DNA of 64,000 nucleotides from Escherichia coli (GTDB lineage Bacteria; Pseudomonadota; Gammaproteobacteria; Enterobacterales; Enterobacteriaceae): NCBI RefSeq assembly GCF_001677475.2, contig NZ_CP015229.1; one strand, 5' to 3'. Shown piece by piece: positions 52,747 to 64,000 of this stretch (position 1 is its first letter; each line of letters starts with the position of its first letter). The notes under the pieces were generated by a model. It saw only the letters and a program-made list of their open reading frames with translations, ran no database searches and was not told where the DNA came from. The position numbers and the translations under genes were made by a program.

Positions 52747-53562
52747 ATGACGATCATCCATCCTCTGCTTGCCAGCCGTAGCGCACCGAATTATCGCCAG
52801 TCCTGGCGGTTAGCGGGAGTGTGGCGACGGGCGATTAACCTGATGACGGAAAGCGGCGAACTGTTAACGCTGCATCGTCAGGGTAGTGGTTTCGGCCCCG
52901 GAGGATGGGTGCTTCGCCGCGCGCAATTCGATGCGTTATGCGGTGGATTATGCGGCAATGAACGACCACAGGTTGTGGCTCAAGGGATTCGCCTCGGGCG
53001 TTTCACGGTTAAACAGCCACAGCGTTATTGTTTGCTGCGTATTACGCCGCCTGCACATCCTCAACCGCTTGCCGCTGCATGGATGCAACGCGCGGAGGAA
53101 ACCGGGCTTTTCGGGCCACTGGCGATGGCGACAAGCGATCCGCTGCCTGCTGAATTACGCCAGTTTCGTCACTGTTTTCAGGCCGCGCTCAATGGCATTA
53201 AGACCGACTGGCGGCACTGGCTGGGTAAAGGCCCCGGATTAACGCCGAGTCATGATGACACGCTGAGCGGAATGCTGCTGGCGGCCTGGTATTATGGCGC
53301 TTTAGATGCGTGCTCCGGTCGCCCGTTTTTTGCCTGTTCCAACAATCTTCAACTCGTTACCACAGCGGTGAGCGTCAGTTATTTACGTTATGCCGCGCAA
53401 GGATATTTCGCCTCGCCACTCCTGCACTTTGTTCATGCTCTGAGTTGCCCGAAACGTACCGCTGTTGCGATTGATTCGCTGCTGGCGCTGGGGCACACGT
53501 CAGGGGCAGATACGCTGCTGGGGTTCTGGCTTGGTCAACAATTATTACAAGGAAAACCATGA
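52747..53562 (+). CDS. ylbF: YlbF (DUF2877)
   Basis: 271 aa from [11 protein letters not shown]; the track ORF has a 5' extension overlapping ylbE. Confidence 0.85.
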   Translation: MTIIHPLLASRSAPNYRQSWRLAGVWRRAINLMTESGELLTLHRQGSGFGPGGWVLRRAQFDALCGGLCGNERPQVVAQGIRLGRFTVKQPQRYCLLRITPPAHPQPLAAAWMQRAEETGLFGPLAMATSDPLPAELRQFRHCFQAALNGIKTDWRHWLGKGPGLTPSHDDTLSGMLLAAWYYGALDACSGRPFFACSNNLQLVTTAVSVSYLRYAAQGYFASPLLHFVHALSCPKRTAVAIDSLLALGHTSGADTLLGFWLGQQLLQGKP

Positions 53563-54452
53563 AAACACTGGTTGTAGCTCTTGGGGGCAACGCCTTACTC
53601 CAGCGCGGTGAGGCGCTGACGGCAGAAAATCAATATCGCAACATTGCCAGTGCTGTACCCGCACTGGCGCGCCTGGCCCGTTCTTATCGGCTGGCGATTG
53701 TTCACGGCAACGGGCCACAGGTGGGGCTGCTGGCGTTACAGAATCTGGCGTGGAAAGAGGTAGAACCGTATCCGCTGGATGTGCTGGTGGCGGAAAGCCA
53801 GGGGATGATTGGCTATATGCTGGCGCAGAGTTTGAGCGCACAGCCGCAGATGCCGCCTGTCACGACGGTGCTGACGCGCATTGAAGTTTCGCCGGATGAT
53901 CCGGCGTTTTTGCAGCCAGAGAAGTTTATCGGTCCGGTTTATCAGCCAGAAGAACAAGAGGCACTGGAAGCGGCTTATGGCTGGCAGATGAAACGTGATG
54001 GTAAATATTTACGCCGGGTGGTGGCGTCTCCGCAACCGCGTAAAATTCTCGACAGCGAAGCCATCGAGTTGTTGCTCAAAGAGGGGCATGTGGTGATTTG
54101 CAGTGGCGGCGGCGGTGTGCCTGTGACGGATGACGGAGCAGGGAGTGAAGCAGTGATTGATAAAGATCTCGCCGCTGCGTTGCTCGCCGAGCAGATTAAT
54201 GCCGATGGGCTGGTGATCCTCACCGATGCTGATGCGGTATATGAAAACTGGGGAACGCCGCAGCAACGTGCCATTCGCCATGCCACACCGGATGAGTTAG
54301 CGCCATTTGCCAAAGCCGATGGTTCGATGGGGCCGAAGGTAACGGCGGTGAGTGGCTATGTCAGAAGCCGTGGCAAACCTGCGTGGATTGGGGCGTTATC
54401 GCGGATTGAAGAGACGCTGGCGGGCGAAGCGGGGACCTGTATTTCGCTGTAG
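53559..54452 (+). CDS. ybcF: Carbamate kinase-like protein
   Basis: 297 aa; amino-acid kinase fold with N-terminal LGGNAL motif; 4-bp overlap with ylbF. Confidence 0.9.
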   Translation: MKTLVVALGGNALLQRGEALTAENQYRNIASAVPALARLARSYRLAIVHGNGPQVGLLALQNLAWKEVEPYPLDVLVAESQGMIGYMLAQSLSAQPQMPPVTTVLTRIEVSPDDPAFLQPEKFIGPVYQPEEQEALEAAYGWQMKRDGKYLRRVVASPQPRKILDSEAIELLLKEGHVVICSGGGGVPVTDDGAGSEAVIDKDLAAALLAEQINADGLVILTDADAVYENWGTPQQRAIRHATPDELAPFAKADGSMGPKVTAVSGYVRSRGKPAWIGALSRIEETLAGEAGTCISL

Positions 54453-54469
54453 TGATGAGAGCATCCGGC

Positions 54470-54575
54470 AATCGGCGCACCATGCCTGATGCGACGCTTG
54501 ACGCGTCTTATCAGGCCTACAATGGGTACCGGAGCGGTAAGCCGGATAAGGCGTTCACGCCGAATCCGGCAAGAA
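54470..54575. repeat. REP elements between ybcF and purK
   Basis: GCCTGATGCGACGCTTGACGCGTCTTATCAGGCCTAC and GCCGGATAAGGCGTTCACGCCGAATCCGGCA. Confidence 0.75.
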
Positions 54576-54588
54576 TATGAGCACCAGG

Positions 54589-55656
54589 TTAATTGAACTT
54601 ACTCTGCGCCCACATCACGCCGCTGGCATACTCTGGCGGCAGCAGCGGGATTAAGGCTTCCAGCGTCGCGGTCAGACGCGATGTGTCGCTGTCGGTCAAA
54701 TTCAGATGCCCCACTTTACGCCCCGGACGGACTTCTTTGTCGTACCAGTGCAGATGCACCAGCGGCAGTTTCAGCCAGTCATAATTCACATCGCTACCAA
54801 TCAGGTTGATCATCACCGACGGACTATTCACTACCGGTTGCGGTAACGGCAGATCGGTAATCGCCCGCAGATGCAGCTCAAACTGGCTGATGCTGGCACC
54901 GTTTTGTGTCCAGTGACCGCTGTTATGCACACGCGGAGCCAGTTCGTTGATCAGCAGACCTTGCGGGGTGACAAAACACTCCATCGCCATCACGCCCACA
55001 TAGCCCAGCTCCTGCATAATCGCCGACAGCATCTCTTCGGCCTGCGCCTGCTGCTGCGCGTTGGCCTGCGGGAAAGCGACGCTGGTGCGCAAAATACCGT
55101 CCTGATGCAGGTTATGCGTCAGCGGATAAAACACGGTGCTGCCATCAAAGCCGCGCGCGCCAACCAGCGACACTTCACCAGAGAAGTTAATGCCCTGCTC
55201 GACAATACATTCGCCGTAACACTCTGCCGGTAACTGTTCGGTTTCATTGGCGCGTAAACGCCATTGACCGCGACCGTCATAGCCACCAGTGCGACGCTTA
55301 ACAATCGCCAGTTCACCTAAACGATCAAACACCGCAGGCCACTCGCTGCGATCGGCAAGTAACTGCCACGGTGCGGTCGGCAGGTGAAGCTTGTCGAAAA
55401 GCTGCTTCTGAGTCAGACGGTCGGCAATAATCGGGAATACATCGCGGTTCACAAAGGCCGGATGGCGCGCCAGCTCGCGGGTTAATGCGGTTTCCGGCCA
55501 GCGTTCGATCTCAGCGGTAATCACGCTTTGTTGAAAAGGCACCGCCGCCGGTTCAGCGTCCAGCCCGACCGGCCAGACAGCAATGCCTAACGGTTCGCCT
55601 GCCTGACGCAGCATACGGCCTAACTGCCCGTTACCGAGGACGCAAACCTGTTTCAT
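54589..55656 (-). CDS. purK: N5-carboxyaminoimidazole ribonucleotide synthase
   Basis: 355 aa; ATP-grasp fold. Confidence 0.93.
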   Translation of the reverse strand: MKQVCVLGNGQLGRMLRQAGEPLGIAVWPVGLDAEPAAVPFQQSVITAEIERWPETALTRELARHPAFVNRDVFPIIADRLTQKQLFDKLHLPTAPWQLLADRSEWPAVFDRLGELAIVKRRTGGYDGRGQWRLRANETEQLPAECYGECIVEQGINFSGEVSLVGARGFDGSTVFYPLTHNLHQDGILRTSVAFPQANAQQQAQAEEMLSAIMQELGYVGVMAMECFVTPQGLLINELAPRVHNSGHWTQNGASISQFELHLRAITDLPLPQPVVNSPSVMINLIGSDVNYDWLKLPLVHLHWYDKEVRPGRKVGHLNLTDSDTSRLTATLEALIPLLPPEYASGVMWAQSKFN

Positions 55657-56162
55657 GCCGCACCTCGCGGGTCCGGGTTTTCCAGCACTTCGTCGGTCTG
55701 GGCTTTACGCCAGTCATTCAGACGCTGGTGCAGTTCTTTATCATGAGTCGCAAGAATTTGTGCTGCCAGTAACGCCGCGTTTGCCGCGCCAGCTTTACCA
55801 ATCGCCAGCGTACCCACCGGAATGCCGCGCGGCATTTGTACGATGGAGTAGAGACTATCGACACCGCTCAGTGCGGCGCTCTGTACTGGCACGCCCAGCA
55901 CTGGCACCAGCGTTTTGGCGGCAATCATGCCTGGCAGATGCGCTGCGCCGCCTGCGCCCGCAATAATCACCTGATAACCGTTTTCTTCGGCGCTTTCGGC
56001 GAAGCTGAACAGTTTATCGGGGGTGCGGTGAGCAGAAACCACTTCAACGTGGTGCGGGACATTCAGGATTTCGAAGATTTCGGCGGCGAACTGCATGGTA
56101 GCCCAGTCGCTTTTGGACCCCATCACGATGGCGACACGCGCCGGATTATTGCGGGAAGACAT
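55653..56162 (-). CDS. purE: N5-CAIR mutase
   Basis: 169 aa from [20 protein letters not shown]; 4-bp overlap with purK. Confidence 0.93.
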   Translation of the reverse strand: MSSRNNPARVAIVMGSKSDWATMQFAAEIFEILNVPHHVEVVSAHRTPDKLFSFAESAEENGYQVIIAGAGGAAHLPGMIAAKTLVPVLGVPVQSAALSGVDSLYSIVQMPRGIPVGTLAIGKAGAANAALLAAQILATHDKELHQRLNDWRKAQTDEVLENPDPRGAA

Positions 56163-56233
56163 GCGTCTAAAAACTCCTGTGGTGCACAACTCTCGGCTTT
56201 AGAGGGCACAGAGAATAGCACGGAAAGAGAGCA

Positions 56234-56249
56234 AGGAAAACGGTTGCGT
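56234..56249 (-). promoter_or_regulatory. PurR box upstream of purE (ACGCAACCGTTTTCCT on the minus strand)
   Basis: Close match to the PurR operator consensus ACGCAAACGTTTTCTT, ~70 nt upstream of the purE start. Confidence 0.55.
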
Positions 56250-56278
56250 GGCTGTGGAATCAGCAAACTTGTGCGTTA

Positions 56279-57001
56279 TTAAAACGGGAAATGGATTAGC
56301 TCAACGTCATCCGCCGTGACTTTCACCATCGAACCTTCGGTATGCCAGGCACCCAGTACCACGCGAAAAGCAGGTTGCTGATTGGCGATGAATTCATGCA
56401 CCGCCGGGCGATGCGTATGCCCGTGGATCAGCCATTGCACCTGATGTTTTTCCATCGCACTGACCACCGCGTTTTGGTTAACGTCCATGATCGCCAGCGA
56501 TTTACTGCTGTTGGCTTCTTTGCTGTTCGCTCGCATTCGCGCGGCAATGCGTTTGCGCACAAACAACGGCAGGGCGAGGAATAGCGTTTGCAGCCAGGGT
56601 TTGTGGACTTTGGCGCGAAAAGCCTGATAACCGGCGTCATCGGTGCACAGCGTGTCGCCATGCATAATCAATACCCGGCGACCATACAGTTCGAGCACCT
56701 TTTCTTCCGGCAATAACGTCATGCCGCTTTCACGGGCAAAGCGTTTGCCGAGCAGAAAATCACGGTTGCCATGAATGAAATAACAGGGAACACCGGAATC
56801 GGAAACCGCTTTGATCGCTGCCGCCATCTGGCGATGGAGTGGGTTGGGATCGTCGTCGCCAATCCACGCTTCAAACAGATCGCCAAGAATATACAGCGCG
56901 TCGGCCTTGCGGGCTTCCCCCGCTAAAAAACGCAGAAAACCGGCGGTGATCGCCGGTTCTTCCGCGCAGAGATGAAGATCTGCAATAAAGAGTGTCGCCA
57001 C
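56279..57001 (-). CDS. lpxH: UDP-2,3-diacylglucosamine hydrolase
   Basis: 240 aa; calcineurin-like metallophosphoesterase motifs (DLHL, GNRD). Confidence 0.93.
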   Translation of the reverse strand: MATLFIADLHLCAEEPAITAGFLRFLAGEARKADALYILGDLFEAWIGDDDPNPLHRQMAAAIKAVSDSGVPCYFIHGNRDFLLGKRFARESGMTLLPEEKVLELYGRRVLIMHGDTLCTDDAGYQAFRAKVHKPWLQTLFLALPLFVRKRIAARMRANSKEANSSKSLAIMDVNQNAVVSAMEKHQVQWLIHGHTHRPAVHEFIANQQPAFRVVLGAWHTEGSMVKVTADDVELIHFPF

Positions 57002-57003
57002 GA

Positions 57004-57498
57004 TTACTCGCTAACGGTCACGCTTTCAATGATAACGTCTTCTTTTGGCACGTCCTGGTGCATACCGCTACGACCGGTTGCAACACCTTTGATTTTGTCT
57101 ACCACGTCCATGCCTTCAACCACTTCAGCAAACACGCAGTAGCCCCAACCTTGCAGGCTTTCGCCAGAGAAGTTCAGGAAGTCGTTATCAACCACGTTGA
57201 TGAAGAACTGTGCAGTTGCAGAGTGCGGAGCCTGAGTACGGGCCATTGCCAGCGTACCACGGGTATTTTTCAGGCCGTTGTTGGCTTCGTTTTTGATCGG
57301 TTCTTTGGTGGCTTTTTGTTTCATGCCCGGTTCAAAACCGCCGCCCTGAATCATAAAACCGTTGATAACACGGTGGAAAATGGTGTTGTTGTAAAAACCT
57401 TCGCGGCAGTAGTCCAGGAAGTTTTTAACTGTTTCAGGTGCTTTATCGTCAAAAGTTTTGATGACAATATCGCCGTGATTGGTGTGGAAAGTAACCAT
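57004..57498 (-). CDS. ppiB: Peptidyl-prolyl cis-trans isomerase B (cyclophilin)
   Basis: 164 aa. Confidence 0.95.
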   Translation of the reverse strand: MVTFHTNHGDIVIKTFDDKAPETVKNFLDYCREGFYNNTIFHRVINGFMIQGGGFEPGMKQKATKEPIKNEANNGLKNTRGTLAMARTQAPHSATAQFFINVVDNDFLNFSGESLQGWGYCVFAEVVEGMDVVDKIKGVATGRSGMHQDVPKEDVIIESVTVSE

Positions 57499-57671
57499 TT
57501 TTGCATCCTGTTCCGTTTGATTGGTGCTTCAACCCGGTTCGGGTCATATATAGGGTGGTGTTATAGCATAACCGCACGATCGGATCATCTCGCAATGTAT
57601 GCTGAATCGCGCGGGAAATATGGGTATTATACGCAACTCAATTACCCACACATGTCTAAACGGAATCTTCG

Positions 57672-59057
57672 ATGCTAAAAATCTTCAATACTCTGACACG
57701 CCAAAAAGAGGAATTTAAGCCTATTCACGCCGGGGAAGTCGGCATGTACGTGTGTGGAATCACCGTTTACGACCTCTGTCATATCGGTCACGGGCGTACC
57801 TTTGTTGCCTTTGACGTGGTTGCACGCTACCTGCGTTTCCTCGGCTACAAGCTGAAGTATGTGCGCAACATTACCGATATCGACGATAAAATCATCAAAC
57901 GCGCCAATGAAAATGGCGAAAGCTTTGTGGCGCTGGTGGATCGCATGATCGCCGAAATGCACAAAGATTTTGATGCTTTGAACATTCTGCGCCCGGATAT
58001 GGAGCCACGCGCGACGCACCATATCGCAGAAATTATTGAACTCACTGAGCAACTGATCGCCAAAGGTCACGCTTATGTGGCGGACAACGGCGACGTGATG
58101 TTCGACGTACCGACCGATCCAACTTATGGCGTGCTGTCGCGTCAGGATCTTGACCAGCTGCAGGCAGGCGCGCGCGTTGACGTGGTCGACGACAAACGCA
58201 ACCCGATGGACTTCGTTCTGTGGAAGATGTCTAAAGAGGGCGAACCAAGCTGGCCGTCTCCGTGGGGCGCGGGCCGTCCAGGCTGGCACATTGAATGTTC
58301 GGCAATGAACTGCAAGCAGCTGGGTAACCACTTTGATATCCACGGCGGCGGTTCTGACCTGATGTTCCCGCACCACGAGAATGAAATCGCGCAGTCCACC
58401 TGTGCCCATGATGGTCAGTATGTTAACTACTGGATGCACTCCGGCATGGTGATGGTTGACCGCGAGAAGATGTCCAAATCGCTGGGTAACTTCTTTACCG
58501 TGCGCGATGTGCTGAAATACTACGACGCGGAAACCGTGCGTTACTTCCTGATGTCGGGACACTATCGCAGCCAGCTGAACTACAGCGAAGAGAACCTGAA
58601 GCAGGCGCGTGCGGCGCTGGAGCGTCTCTACACTGCCCTGCGCGGCACAGACAAAACCGTTGCTCCTGCCGGTGGCGAAGCGTTTGAAGCGCGCTTTATT
58701 GAGGCGATGGACGACGATTTCAACACCCCGGAAGCCTATTCCGTGCTGTTTGATATGGCGCGTGAAGTAAACCGTCTGAAAGCAGAAGATATGACAGCGG
58801 CGAATGCAATGGCATCTCACCTGCGTAAACTTTCCGCTGTATTGGGCCTGCTGGAGCAAGAACCGGAAGCGTTCCTGCAAAGCGGCGCGCAGGCAGACGA
58901 CAGCGAAGTGGCTGAGATTGAAGCGTTAATTCAACAGCGTCTGGATGCCCGTAAAGCGAAAGACTGGGCGGCGGCAGATGCGGCGCGTGACCGTCTTAAC
59001 GAGATGGGGATCGTGCTGGAAGATGGCCCGCAAGGGACCACCTGGCGTCGTAAGTAA
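57672..59057 (+). CDS. cysS: Cysteinyl-tRNA synthetase
   Basis: 461 aa; class I HIGH (HIGH at ~aa 38) and KMSKS motifs. Confidence 0.95.
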   Translation: MLKIFNTLTRQKEEFKPIHAGEVGMYVCGITVYDLCHIGHGRTFVAFDVVARYLRFLGYKLKYVRNITDIDDKIIKRANENGESFVALVDRMIAEMHKDFDALNILRPDMEPRATHHIAEIIELTEQLIAKGHAYVADNGDVMFDVPTDPTYGVLSRQDLDQLQAGARVDVVDDKRNPMDFVLWKMSKEGEPSWPSPWGAGRPGWHIECSAMNCKQLGNHFDIHGGGSDLMFPHHENEIAQSTCAHDGQYVNYWMHSGMVMVDREKMSKSLGNFFTVRDVLKYYDAETVRYFLMSGHYRSQLNYSEENLKQARAALERLYTALRGTDKTVAPAGGEAFEARFIEAMDDDFNTPEAYSVLFDMAREVNRLKAEDMTAANAMASHLRKLSAVLGLLEQEPEAFLQSGAQADDSEVAEIEALIQQRLDARKAKDWAAADAARDRLNEMGIVLEDGPQGTTWRRK

Positions 59058-59062
59058 TTGCG

Positions 59063-59097
59063 CTATTGCCGGATGCGAGTTTTCGCATCCGGTTATC
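59063..59097. terminator. Hairpin between convergent cysS and ybcI
   Basis: Inverted repeat CCGGATGCGA-GTTT-TCGCATCCGG. Confidence 0.55.
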
Positions 59098-59614
59098 GTC
59101 TGCGCCACCACAACATTCCCATCAGTAGCATCCCCGGCAACCACACCCACATCAATTCAGAAATAATCACCTGATGCCCGTACGGCGTGGTGTAACGAGA
59201 CAATGCAAACGGCGCGACTTTAATCACCTGCCAGGGAGCGAAAAAGCGTTCATCTGACCACGGCCACAGCCAGCCAACCCCTTTACCGCCAGTGGTTACC
59301 GAATCCAGCAAGCTGTGCGATAGCAACGAGACGGTTAAAAACAGCCAGCAGCGAATCAGCCCAGCCCTGAACCATCGGCGTCCAATCAGCACACATAACA
59401 GCGGGACAACAAACGCAAACACCAGCGAATGGGTAAACCCGCGATGACCAAAAACATTGCCGTAAGCAATGCCAAATTTAAACGACAATACGTCGGCGTC
59501 GGGCAGCATCGCCAGGATGATTCCGGCAAATAACAGACGCGGAGGGATGACTTTCGAACCCAACCCTAAACCAATGCATAGGGGAACGGCGGCGTGCGTA
59601 ATAACGGTTGGCAT
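59093..59614 (-). CDS. ybcI: Inner membrane protein YbcI (DUF457, metal-dependent hydrolase-like)
   Basis: 173 aa, multiple TM segments. Confidence 0.85.
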   Translation of the reverse strand: MPTVITHAAVPLCIGLGLGSKVIPPRLLFAGIILAMLPDADVLSFKFGIAYGNVFGHRGFTHSLVFAFVVPLLCVLIGRRWFRAGLIRCWLFLTVSLLSHSLLDSVTTGGKGVGWLWPWSDERFFAPWQVIKVAPFALSRYTTPYGHQVIISELMWVWLPGMLLMGMLWWRRR

Positions 59615-59721
59615 GATGGTCGCTTCGGCAAAATGTCGATGCTATCAGCATGGATGAACGGGGCGTAGAGGGCAAAAGTCTGAAAAGAGAACCGGCCTGT
59701 TGATACAGGCCGGGAAAGGGA

Positions 59722-59934
59722 TCAGGCAACAACCTGTACGCTGTGACCTGCAAAACTCACTGTCTGACCGGCGACGATTTTGCAGCGTTTGCGCGTTTCA
59801 ACCGCGCCGTCGACTTTCACCTGGCCTTCGGCAATCGCGATTTTCGCCTGCGCGCCGCTTTCGCTCCAGCCTTCCAGTTTCAGCAAGTCGCACAGCTCAA
59901 CGTGCGGATGTTTACCTAAAGAAAATGTCGCCAT
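59722..59934 (-). CDS. ybcJ: S4-like RNA-binding protein YbcJ
   Basis: 70 aa from MATFSLGKHPHVELCDLLK; the track ORF has an 18-codon 5' extension that would overlap folD. Confidence 0.8.
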   Translation of the reverse strand: MATFSLGKHPHVELCDLLKLEGWSESGAQAKIAIAEGQVKVDGAVETRKRCKIVAGQTVSFAGHSVQVVA

Positions 59935-59935
59935 G

Positions 59936-60802
59936 TTACTCATCCTGTGGATCATGATATTCAACGCACGCCTGTAGCGTGTTTTCAATCAGCGTGGCAA
60001 CCGTCATCGGGCCAACGCCGCCGGGAACAGGCGTAATGTATGAGGCGCGTTTAGCCGCGTCTTCAAACACGACGTCGCCCACAACTTTGCCATTTTCCAG
60101 ACGGTTGATGCCAACATCAATCACAATTGCGCCTTCTTTGATCCAGTCACCGGGAATAAAACCTGGCTTACCGACGGCAACGATCAACAGATCGGCATTT
60201 TCTACGTGATGACGCAGATTTTTAGTGAAGCGGTGAGTCACGGTAGTGGTGCAACCTGCGAGCAACAGTTCCATGCTCATTGGACGACCGACGATATTCG
60301 ATGCGCCAATCACCACGGCGTTGAGGCCGAAGGTGTCAATGTTGTAACGCTCAAGCAGCGTGACGATACCCCGCGGGGTGCAGGGACGCAGACGCGGCGC
60401 GCGCTGGCACAGACGACCGACGTTGTAAGGATGGAAACCGTCCACGTCTTTGTCCGGATGAATACGTTCCAGCACTTTGACGTTATCAATACCCGCCGGT
60501 AACGGCAGTTGAACCAGAATGCCATCGATGGTGTTGTCGGCATTCAGCGCATCGATAAGCTCCAACAGCTCCGCTTCGCTGGTGGTTTCCGGGAGGTCAT
60601 AAGAGCGGGAGACGAACCCGACTTCTTCACAAGCCTTGCGTTTGCTTGCGACATAAATTTGCGATGCAGGGTTACTACCCACCAGCACAACGGCCAGTCC
60701 TGGTGCCCGCAGTCCGGCTGCAATACGCGCCTGAACTTTTTGAGCAACTTCAGAGCGCACCTGCTGCGCAATCGTTTTACCGTCAATAATCTTTGCTGCC
60801 AT
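59936..60802 (-). CDS. folD: Bifunctional methylenetetrahydrofolate dehydrogenase/cyclohydrolase
   Basis: 288 aa. Confidence 0.95.
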
Positions 60803-61282
60803 CAGAGAGAGGATTCCATCTGTTACGTAGGTCGAAGGGGATGCGCCTATTTTGTCAGAAGCGGGGCGCGCTGTCAGGTTTCGTTTCAGATTTATCGCGT
60901 GAAGCGACCTCTTGCGAAGGTTAGGCGCACCGTCGCTGAGGTCGCTGAGATTGAAAGCTTCATTTTTCGTCCATGATGGCGTTGTAAATCTGGAACTGAT
61001 TTATTTCCTTGTTTAAGGATTAAGATAATTTAAGAAATACCTGACAATATAAAAAGAATTTTCAGCCTGGTAATCTACCGCTTCAGGTCTATATTTGTGT
61101 TGAATATATTTTGCGCGGAAGTATTCATCTAACGGGGCTCTCTATTTTTTAGAGTAGAGTGCATATTTTCAATTAAGACATTCTTAGAGGATAAAAAGGA
61201 ATTTTACTACTATCAGTGTCTTAAATAAAGTAATCGGTTATATACGGATGTGGAGTCGATAAATGAGATTGAAGGAATATAT

Positions 61283-61825
61283 ATGAAATTAAGATTTATT
61301 TCGTCTGCGCTGGCTGCCGCACTATTCGCCGCTACGGGTAGTTATGCTGCCGTTGTAGATGGCGGTACAATTCACTTTGAAGGCGAACTGGTGAATGCTG
61401 CCTGTTCAGTGAATACTGACTCGGCAGACCAGGTTGTCACACTCGGTCAATATCGTACCGATATTTTCAATGCTGTTGGTAATACCTCTGCATTAATTCC
61501 ATTCACCATTCAGTTGAACGACTGCGATCCTGTTGTTGCCGCTAATGCTGCCGTTGCATTTTCTGGTCAGGCTGATGCAATCAATGATAATTTATTGGCC
61601 ATTGCATCCAGTACCAATACAACAACAGCAACGGGTGTCGGTATTGAAATACTTGATAATACATCCGCAATTCTCAAACCTGATGGGAATAGCTTCTCAA
61701 CCAACCAGAACTTGATCCCCGGGACCAACGTTCTTCATTTTTCTGCACGTTATAAAGGCACCGGTACAAGTGCATCAGCAGGGCAAGCAAATGCTGACGC
61801 GACTTTTATTATGAGATACGAATAA
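61283..61825 (+). CDS. sfmA: Type 1-like fimbrial major subunit
   Basis: 180 aa from [15 protein letters not shown]; signal peptide and conserved fimbrial Cys pair. Confidence 0.85.
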   Translation: MKLRFISSALAAALFAATGSYAAVVDGGTIHFEGELVNAACSVNTDSADQVVTLGQYRTDIFNAVGNTSALIPFTIQLNDCDPVVAANAAVAFSGQADAINDNLLAIASSTNTTTATGVGIEILDNTSAILKPDGNSFSTNQNLIPGTNVLHFSARYKGTGTSASAGQANADATFIMRYE

Positions 61826-62044
61826 TCAAAACCACGTTGTTTTGAATTATATATCACGTCTTATAACAAAGTAATGTACCGGTTGTCTGAAGCGGTATGG
61901 TGGCAATGTAAATCGAAATCATGTTCACTTTGTATCATGCCGCTTTATTAAATGAAAAGGGAATGATGTGTTGTAAGAAACCAAAGCAATCATTTCTTTA
62001 TATTTCTTATTTTTGCCGTTAGGAATACACAAGGCGTATTAACT

Positions 62045-62737
62045 ATGATGACTAAAATAAAGTTATTGATGCTCATTATATTTTATTTAATCATTTCGGC
62101 CAGCGCCCATGCTGCCGGAGGGATCGCATTAGGTGCCACGCGTATTATTTATCCCGCTGATGCTAAACAGACTGCGGTATGGATTAGAAATAGCCATACC
62201 AATGAGCGTTTTCTGGTCAATTCGTGGATTGAAAACAGCAGCGGTGTAAAAGAAAAGTCATTCATCATTACACCGCCACTATTTGTTAGTGAACCCAAAA
62301 GCGAAAATACTTTGCGTATTATTTACACCGGTCCACCGCTGGCGGCAGATCGTGAGTCTCTGTTCTGGATGAATGTTAAGACGATCCCTTCGGTAGATAA
62401 AAATGCATTGAACGGCAGGAATGTTTTGCAACTGGCGATTTTATCGCGCATGAAGTTATTTCTCCGTCCAATTCAATTACAAGAATTACCCGCAGAAGCA
62501 CCGGACACACTTAAGTTTTCGCGATCCGGTAACTATATCAATGTTCATAATCCCTCACCTTTTTATGTCACCCTGGTTAACTTACAAGTGGGCAGCCAAA
62601 AGTTGGGGAATGCTATGGCTGCACCCAGAGTTAATTCACAAATTCCCTTACCCTCAGGAGTGCAGGGAAAGCTGAAATTTCAGACCGTTAATGATTATGG
62701 TTCAGTAACCCCGGTCAGAGAAGTGAACTTAAACTAA
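62045..62737 (+). CDS. sfmC: Fimbrial periplasmic chaperone (PapD-like)
   Basis: 230 aa; signal peptide, pilus-chaperone fold. Confidence 0.85.
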   Translation: MMTKIKLLMLIIFYLIISASAHAAGGIALGATRIIYPADAKQTAVWIRNSHTNERFLVNSWIENSSGVKEKSFIITPPLFVSEPKSENTLRIIYTGPPLAADRESLFWMNVKTIPSVDKNALNGRNVLQLAILSRMKLFLRPIQLQELPAEAPDTLKFSRSGNYINVHNPSPFYVTLVNLQVGSQKLGNAMAAPRVNSQIPLPSGVQGKLKFQTVNDYGSVTPVREVNLN

Positions 62738-62767
62738 CCGAATCATCTGACAATATCAGAGCTAATT

Positions 62768-64000
62768 ATGAAAATACCCACTACTACGGATATTCCGCAG
62801 AGGTATACCTGGTGTCTGGCCGGAATTTGTTATTCATCTCTTGCCATTTTACCCTCCTTTTTAAGCTATGCGGAAAGTTATTTCAACCCGGCATTTTTAT
62901 TAGAGAATGGCACATCCGTTGCTGATTTATCGCGCTTTGAGAGAGGTAATCATCAACCTGCGGGCGTGTATCGGGTGGATCTCTGGCGTAATGATGAGTT
63001 CATTGGTTCACAGGATATCGTATTTGAATCGACAACAGAAAATACAGGTGATAAATCAGGTGGGTTAATGCCCTGTTTTAACCAGGTACTCCTTGAACGA
63101 ATTGGCCTTAATAGCAGTGCATTTCCCGAGTTAGCCCAGCAGCAAAACAATAAATGCATCAATTTACTGAAAGCTGTACCTGATGCCACAATTAACTTTG
63201 ATTTTGCAGCGATGCGCCTGAACATCACTATTCCTCAGATAGCGTTGTTGAGTAGCGCTCACGGTTACATTCCGCCTGAAGAGTGGGATGAAGGTATTCC
63301 TGCTTTACTCCTGAATTATAATTTCACCGGTAACAGAGGTAATGGTAACGATAGCTATTTTTTTAGTGAACTCAGCGGGATTAATATTGGCCCGTGGCGT
63401 TTACGCAACAATGGTTCCTGGAACTATTTTCGCGGAAATGGATATCATTCAGAACAGTGGAATAATATTGGCACCTGGGTACAGCGCGCCATTATTCCGC
63501 TGAAAAGTGAACTGGTAATGGGAGACGGCAATACAGGAAGTGATATTTTCGATGGCGTTGGATTTCGTGGTGTACGGCTTTACTCTTCCGATAATATGTA
63601 TCCTGATAGCCAGCAAGGATTTGCCCCAACGGTACGTGGGATTGCCCGTACGGCGGCCCAGCTAACGATTCGGCAAAATGGTTTTATTATCTATCAAAGC
63701 TATGTTTCCCCCGGCGCTTTTGAAATTACAGATTTGCACCCGACATCTTCAAATGGCGATCTGGACGTCACCATCGACGAACGCGATGGCAATCAGCAGA
63801 ATTACACTATTCCGTATTCAACAGTGCCAATTTTACAACGCGAAGGGCGTTTCAAATTTGACCTGACGGCGGGCGATTTTCGTAGCGGTAATAGTCAGCA
63901 ATCATCGCCTTTCTTTTTTCAGGGCACGGCACTCGGCGGTTTACCACAGGAATTTACTGCCTACGGCGGGACGCAATTATCTGCCAATTACACCGCCTTT
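62768..64000 (+). CDS. sfmD: Fimbrial outer membrane usher, 3'-partial (runs off window end)
   Basis: Frame open from ATG 62768 to the window end; N-terminal usher sequence; not in the track because no stop falls in-window. Confidence 0.8.

Overview
Escherichia coli-type chromosomal segment matching the K-12 cueR to sfmD region (my recall of K-12 gene order and protein sequences; no search was run), with three departures from that backbone. (1) 1-21062: the 3' 17.7 kb of a giant type I-secreted Ig-repeat adhesin gene (5' end off-window), followed by tightly coupled HlyB-like ABC transporter and HlyD-like membrane-fusion genes, the latter overlapping the cueR start by 4 bp. (2) 21470-24100: a ~2.6 kb AT-rich insert between cueR and ybbJ encoding a short YadA-anchor (trimeric autotransporter-like) protein, a lipoprotein, a small membrane protein and a divergent 120-aa ORF. 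(3) 32540-33250, the ybbP-mnmH intergenic region (rhsD sits here in K-12 as I recall; it is absent here): a 27-aa hydrophobic DinQ/TisB-like peptide ORF that the supplied ORF track does not list, with a directly repeated element whose second copy has a strong promoter and terminator and would give an ~90-nt sRNA complementary to the peptide mRNA leader. I consider this candidate type I toxin-antitoxin module the most interesting item. The rest is conserved backbone: ybbJ-qmcA, fetAB, ybbN, ybbO, tesA, ybbAP, mnmH, the allantoin/glyoxylate regulon (allS, allA, allR, gcl, hyi, glxR, ybbW, allB, ybbY, glxK, allE, allC, allD, fdrA, ylbE, ylbF, ybcF), purEK, lpxH, ppiB, cysS, ybcI, ybcJ, folD and the start of the sfm fimbrial operon, plus REP elements and terminators. 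No tRNA, rRNA, CRISPR array, IS element or integrase was seen.
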